Part shown: one piece after another, positions 57,336-58,387 of the stretch
How positions within the stretch are numbered: the stretch's first letter is position 1
Layout: the number at the start of each line of letters is the position of its first letter
Source of the DNA: an uncultured Candidatus Saccharibacteria bacterium
Lineage (GTDB): Bacteria > Patescibacteriota > Dojkabacteria > J137
Length of the DNA stretch: 58,387 nucleotides
Direction of reading: 5' to 3'
Assembly: GCA_964620955.1 (NCBI GenBank)
Contig: CAZUKH010000003.1
Coordinates: forward strand, 6,587-64,973
Position numbers and translations under genes: made by a program
Notes under the pieces: model-generated
Database searches by the model: none
What the model was told of the DNA's origin: nothing
What the model saw: the letters and a program-made list of their open reading frames with translations, nothing else

Positions 57336-57783
57336 ATGCAGGGTATTGTAAATTATGTAAAGGAAATGCACCCAAAGCATCTAACAAGATTTGAACAAAA
57401 ACTCCGACTTATAGAAGCTTTGGATAGATTCCCAGAAACAATGTTGGGACTGATTTTTTTAAGATTCGAGTACAAAGATAAAAAGTGAAGAACCCGGTTC
57501 CATAAAGGACTTAATGCTTAAAGACAATGCCTATCAATACAATTTTATAAACTATACCCTGAAAAATGATAAAGATGGCACTGATAACAGCTCAAAACTT
57601 AGTGAGGAAGTGCGTAAGGAGTATCTTAAGCTAGTTGAATCTGGATTCTTGTCTATAAGTAGACTGCTTGAATCTGGCTTAAGTATTAATGAAATAAGGG
57701 CGTTTTTGGGAAACATTCCCCTGACGAATTGGCCGAGTACTACAAGGCGATTTCTCGCAAGTCTTAAAAAGAATGAAGCCTGA
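57336..57783 (+). pseudogene. Possible frameshifted gene remnant (ORFs 57336-57488 and 57514-57783)
   Basis: Two consecutive short ORFs in different frames meeting near a T7 tract at 57454-57460. Confidence 0.3.
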
Positions 57784-57804
57784 TATATATATATATATAT
57801 ATAT
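57783..57804. repeat. (AT)11 microsatellite
   Basis: 22 nt of perfect AT alternation. Confidence 0.9.
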
Positions 57805-58138
57805 TCTAAAGTCTTGATTTCACAGGGCTTCTTTGCCGGGTAGATCTGTATAAATTCCATGCTTTTTCTCTTGAAAAATCATAACTTCTTTGATACAATC
57901 TCTCTACGCTAATTTTTGCTTATCCCAACTGGGAAGCAGTTCCATAGAAAGAATTTTGAATTTTTGCACATTGAAACTTTTAATGTGACAAGGTCTACTG
58001 TTAATTTTTTAGTAAACCTTTGGTCGAACTCACTTTTTGTATGTTTTAGCTAAAATATACACTTTAAAAGCTCATGAATCGCCAAGTACTTATGTACTTT
58101 GCGTTATTGAACTAAGCTAATCAAACTTTCATAAAGTT

Positions 58139-58387
58139 TTTATGGAGAGTTTGATCCTGGCTCAGGATTAACGCTGGCGGCGTGCCTAAGGTATGCAAGT
58201 CGAACGACCCACCAAAAGTGCTTGCACTTTTGGTGGGAGTGGCAAACGGCTGAGTAACACGTGGGAATCTTCCTCAAACTCGAGCATAGCTCACCGAAAG
58301 GTGGGGTAAAACTCGATAGCTCCCGACTTGTCGGGATAAAACTCCGGTGGTTTGAGATGAGCCCGCGTCCTATCAGGTAGTTGGCAG
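58139..58387 (+). rRNA. rrs: 16S rRNA gene, 5' part (runs off window)
   Basis: AGAGTTTGATCCTGGCTCAG at 58146, AACGCTGGCGGCGTGCC, TGCAAGTCGAACG, GAGTAACACGTGGG; exact 5' end approximate. Confidence 0.98.

Overview
AT-rich chromosomal segment in the standard genetic code. Gene content and architecture suggest a Patescibacteria/CPR bacterium (inference). Core genes: ftsA-ftsZ, rpoD, rny, parAB, ileS (type 2), fmt, mltG, ruvX, comF, yidC, rplY, groES-groEL, thyA-folA, ssb, smpB, ftsH, polA, and the 5' end of a 16S rRNA gene. RNA elements missed by the ORF track: an Ile T-box upstream of ileS, a tmRNA with a shrunken elbow and long tag, tRNA-Asn, tRNA-fMet, a second CAU tRNA, and a rare tRNA-Ile with a UAU anticodon whose 3' half is duplicated beside a Xer-like recombinase. 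Most interesting protein loci: (i) a ~16-kb co-oriented envelope block with a membrane-anchored Clp ATPase, six VirB2/TrbC-like pilins, a SpoIID-type enzyme, a pseudo-PP2C membrane protein and a VirD4/TraD-like ATPase; (ii) a second FtsA-like ATPase coupled to a membrane-anchored baseplate-J-like protein; (iii) a protease-less Lon AAA+ module; (iv) a HEPN-nucleotidyltransferase fusion. Many genes look leaderless, several promoters are overlapped by inverted repeats, and short REP/IS200-IS605-like hairpin scars are scattered between genes. All calls come from reading motifs by eye; no database searches were run.
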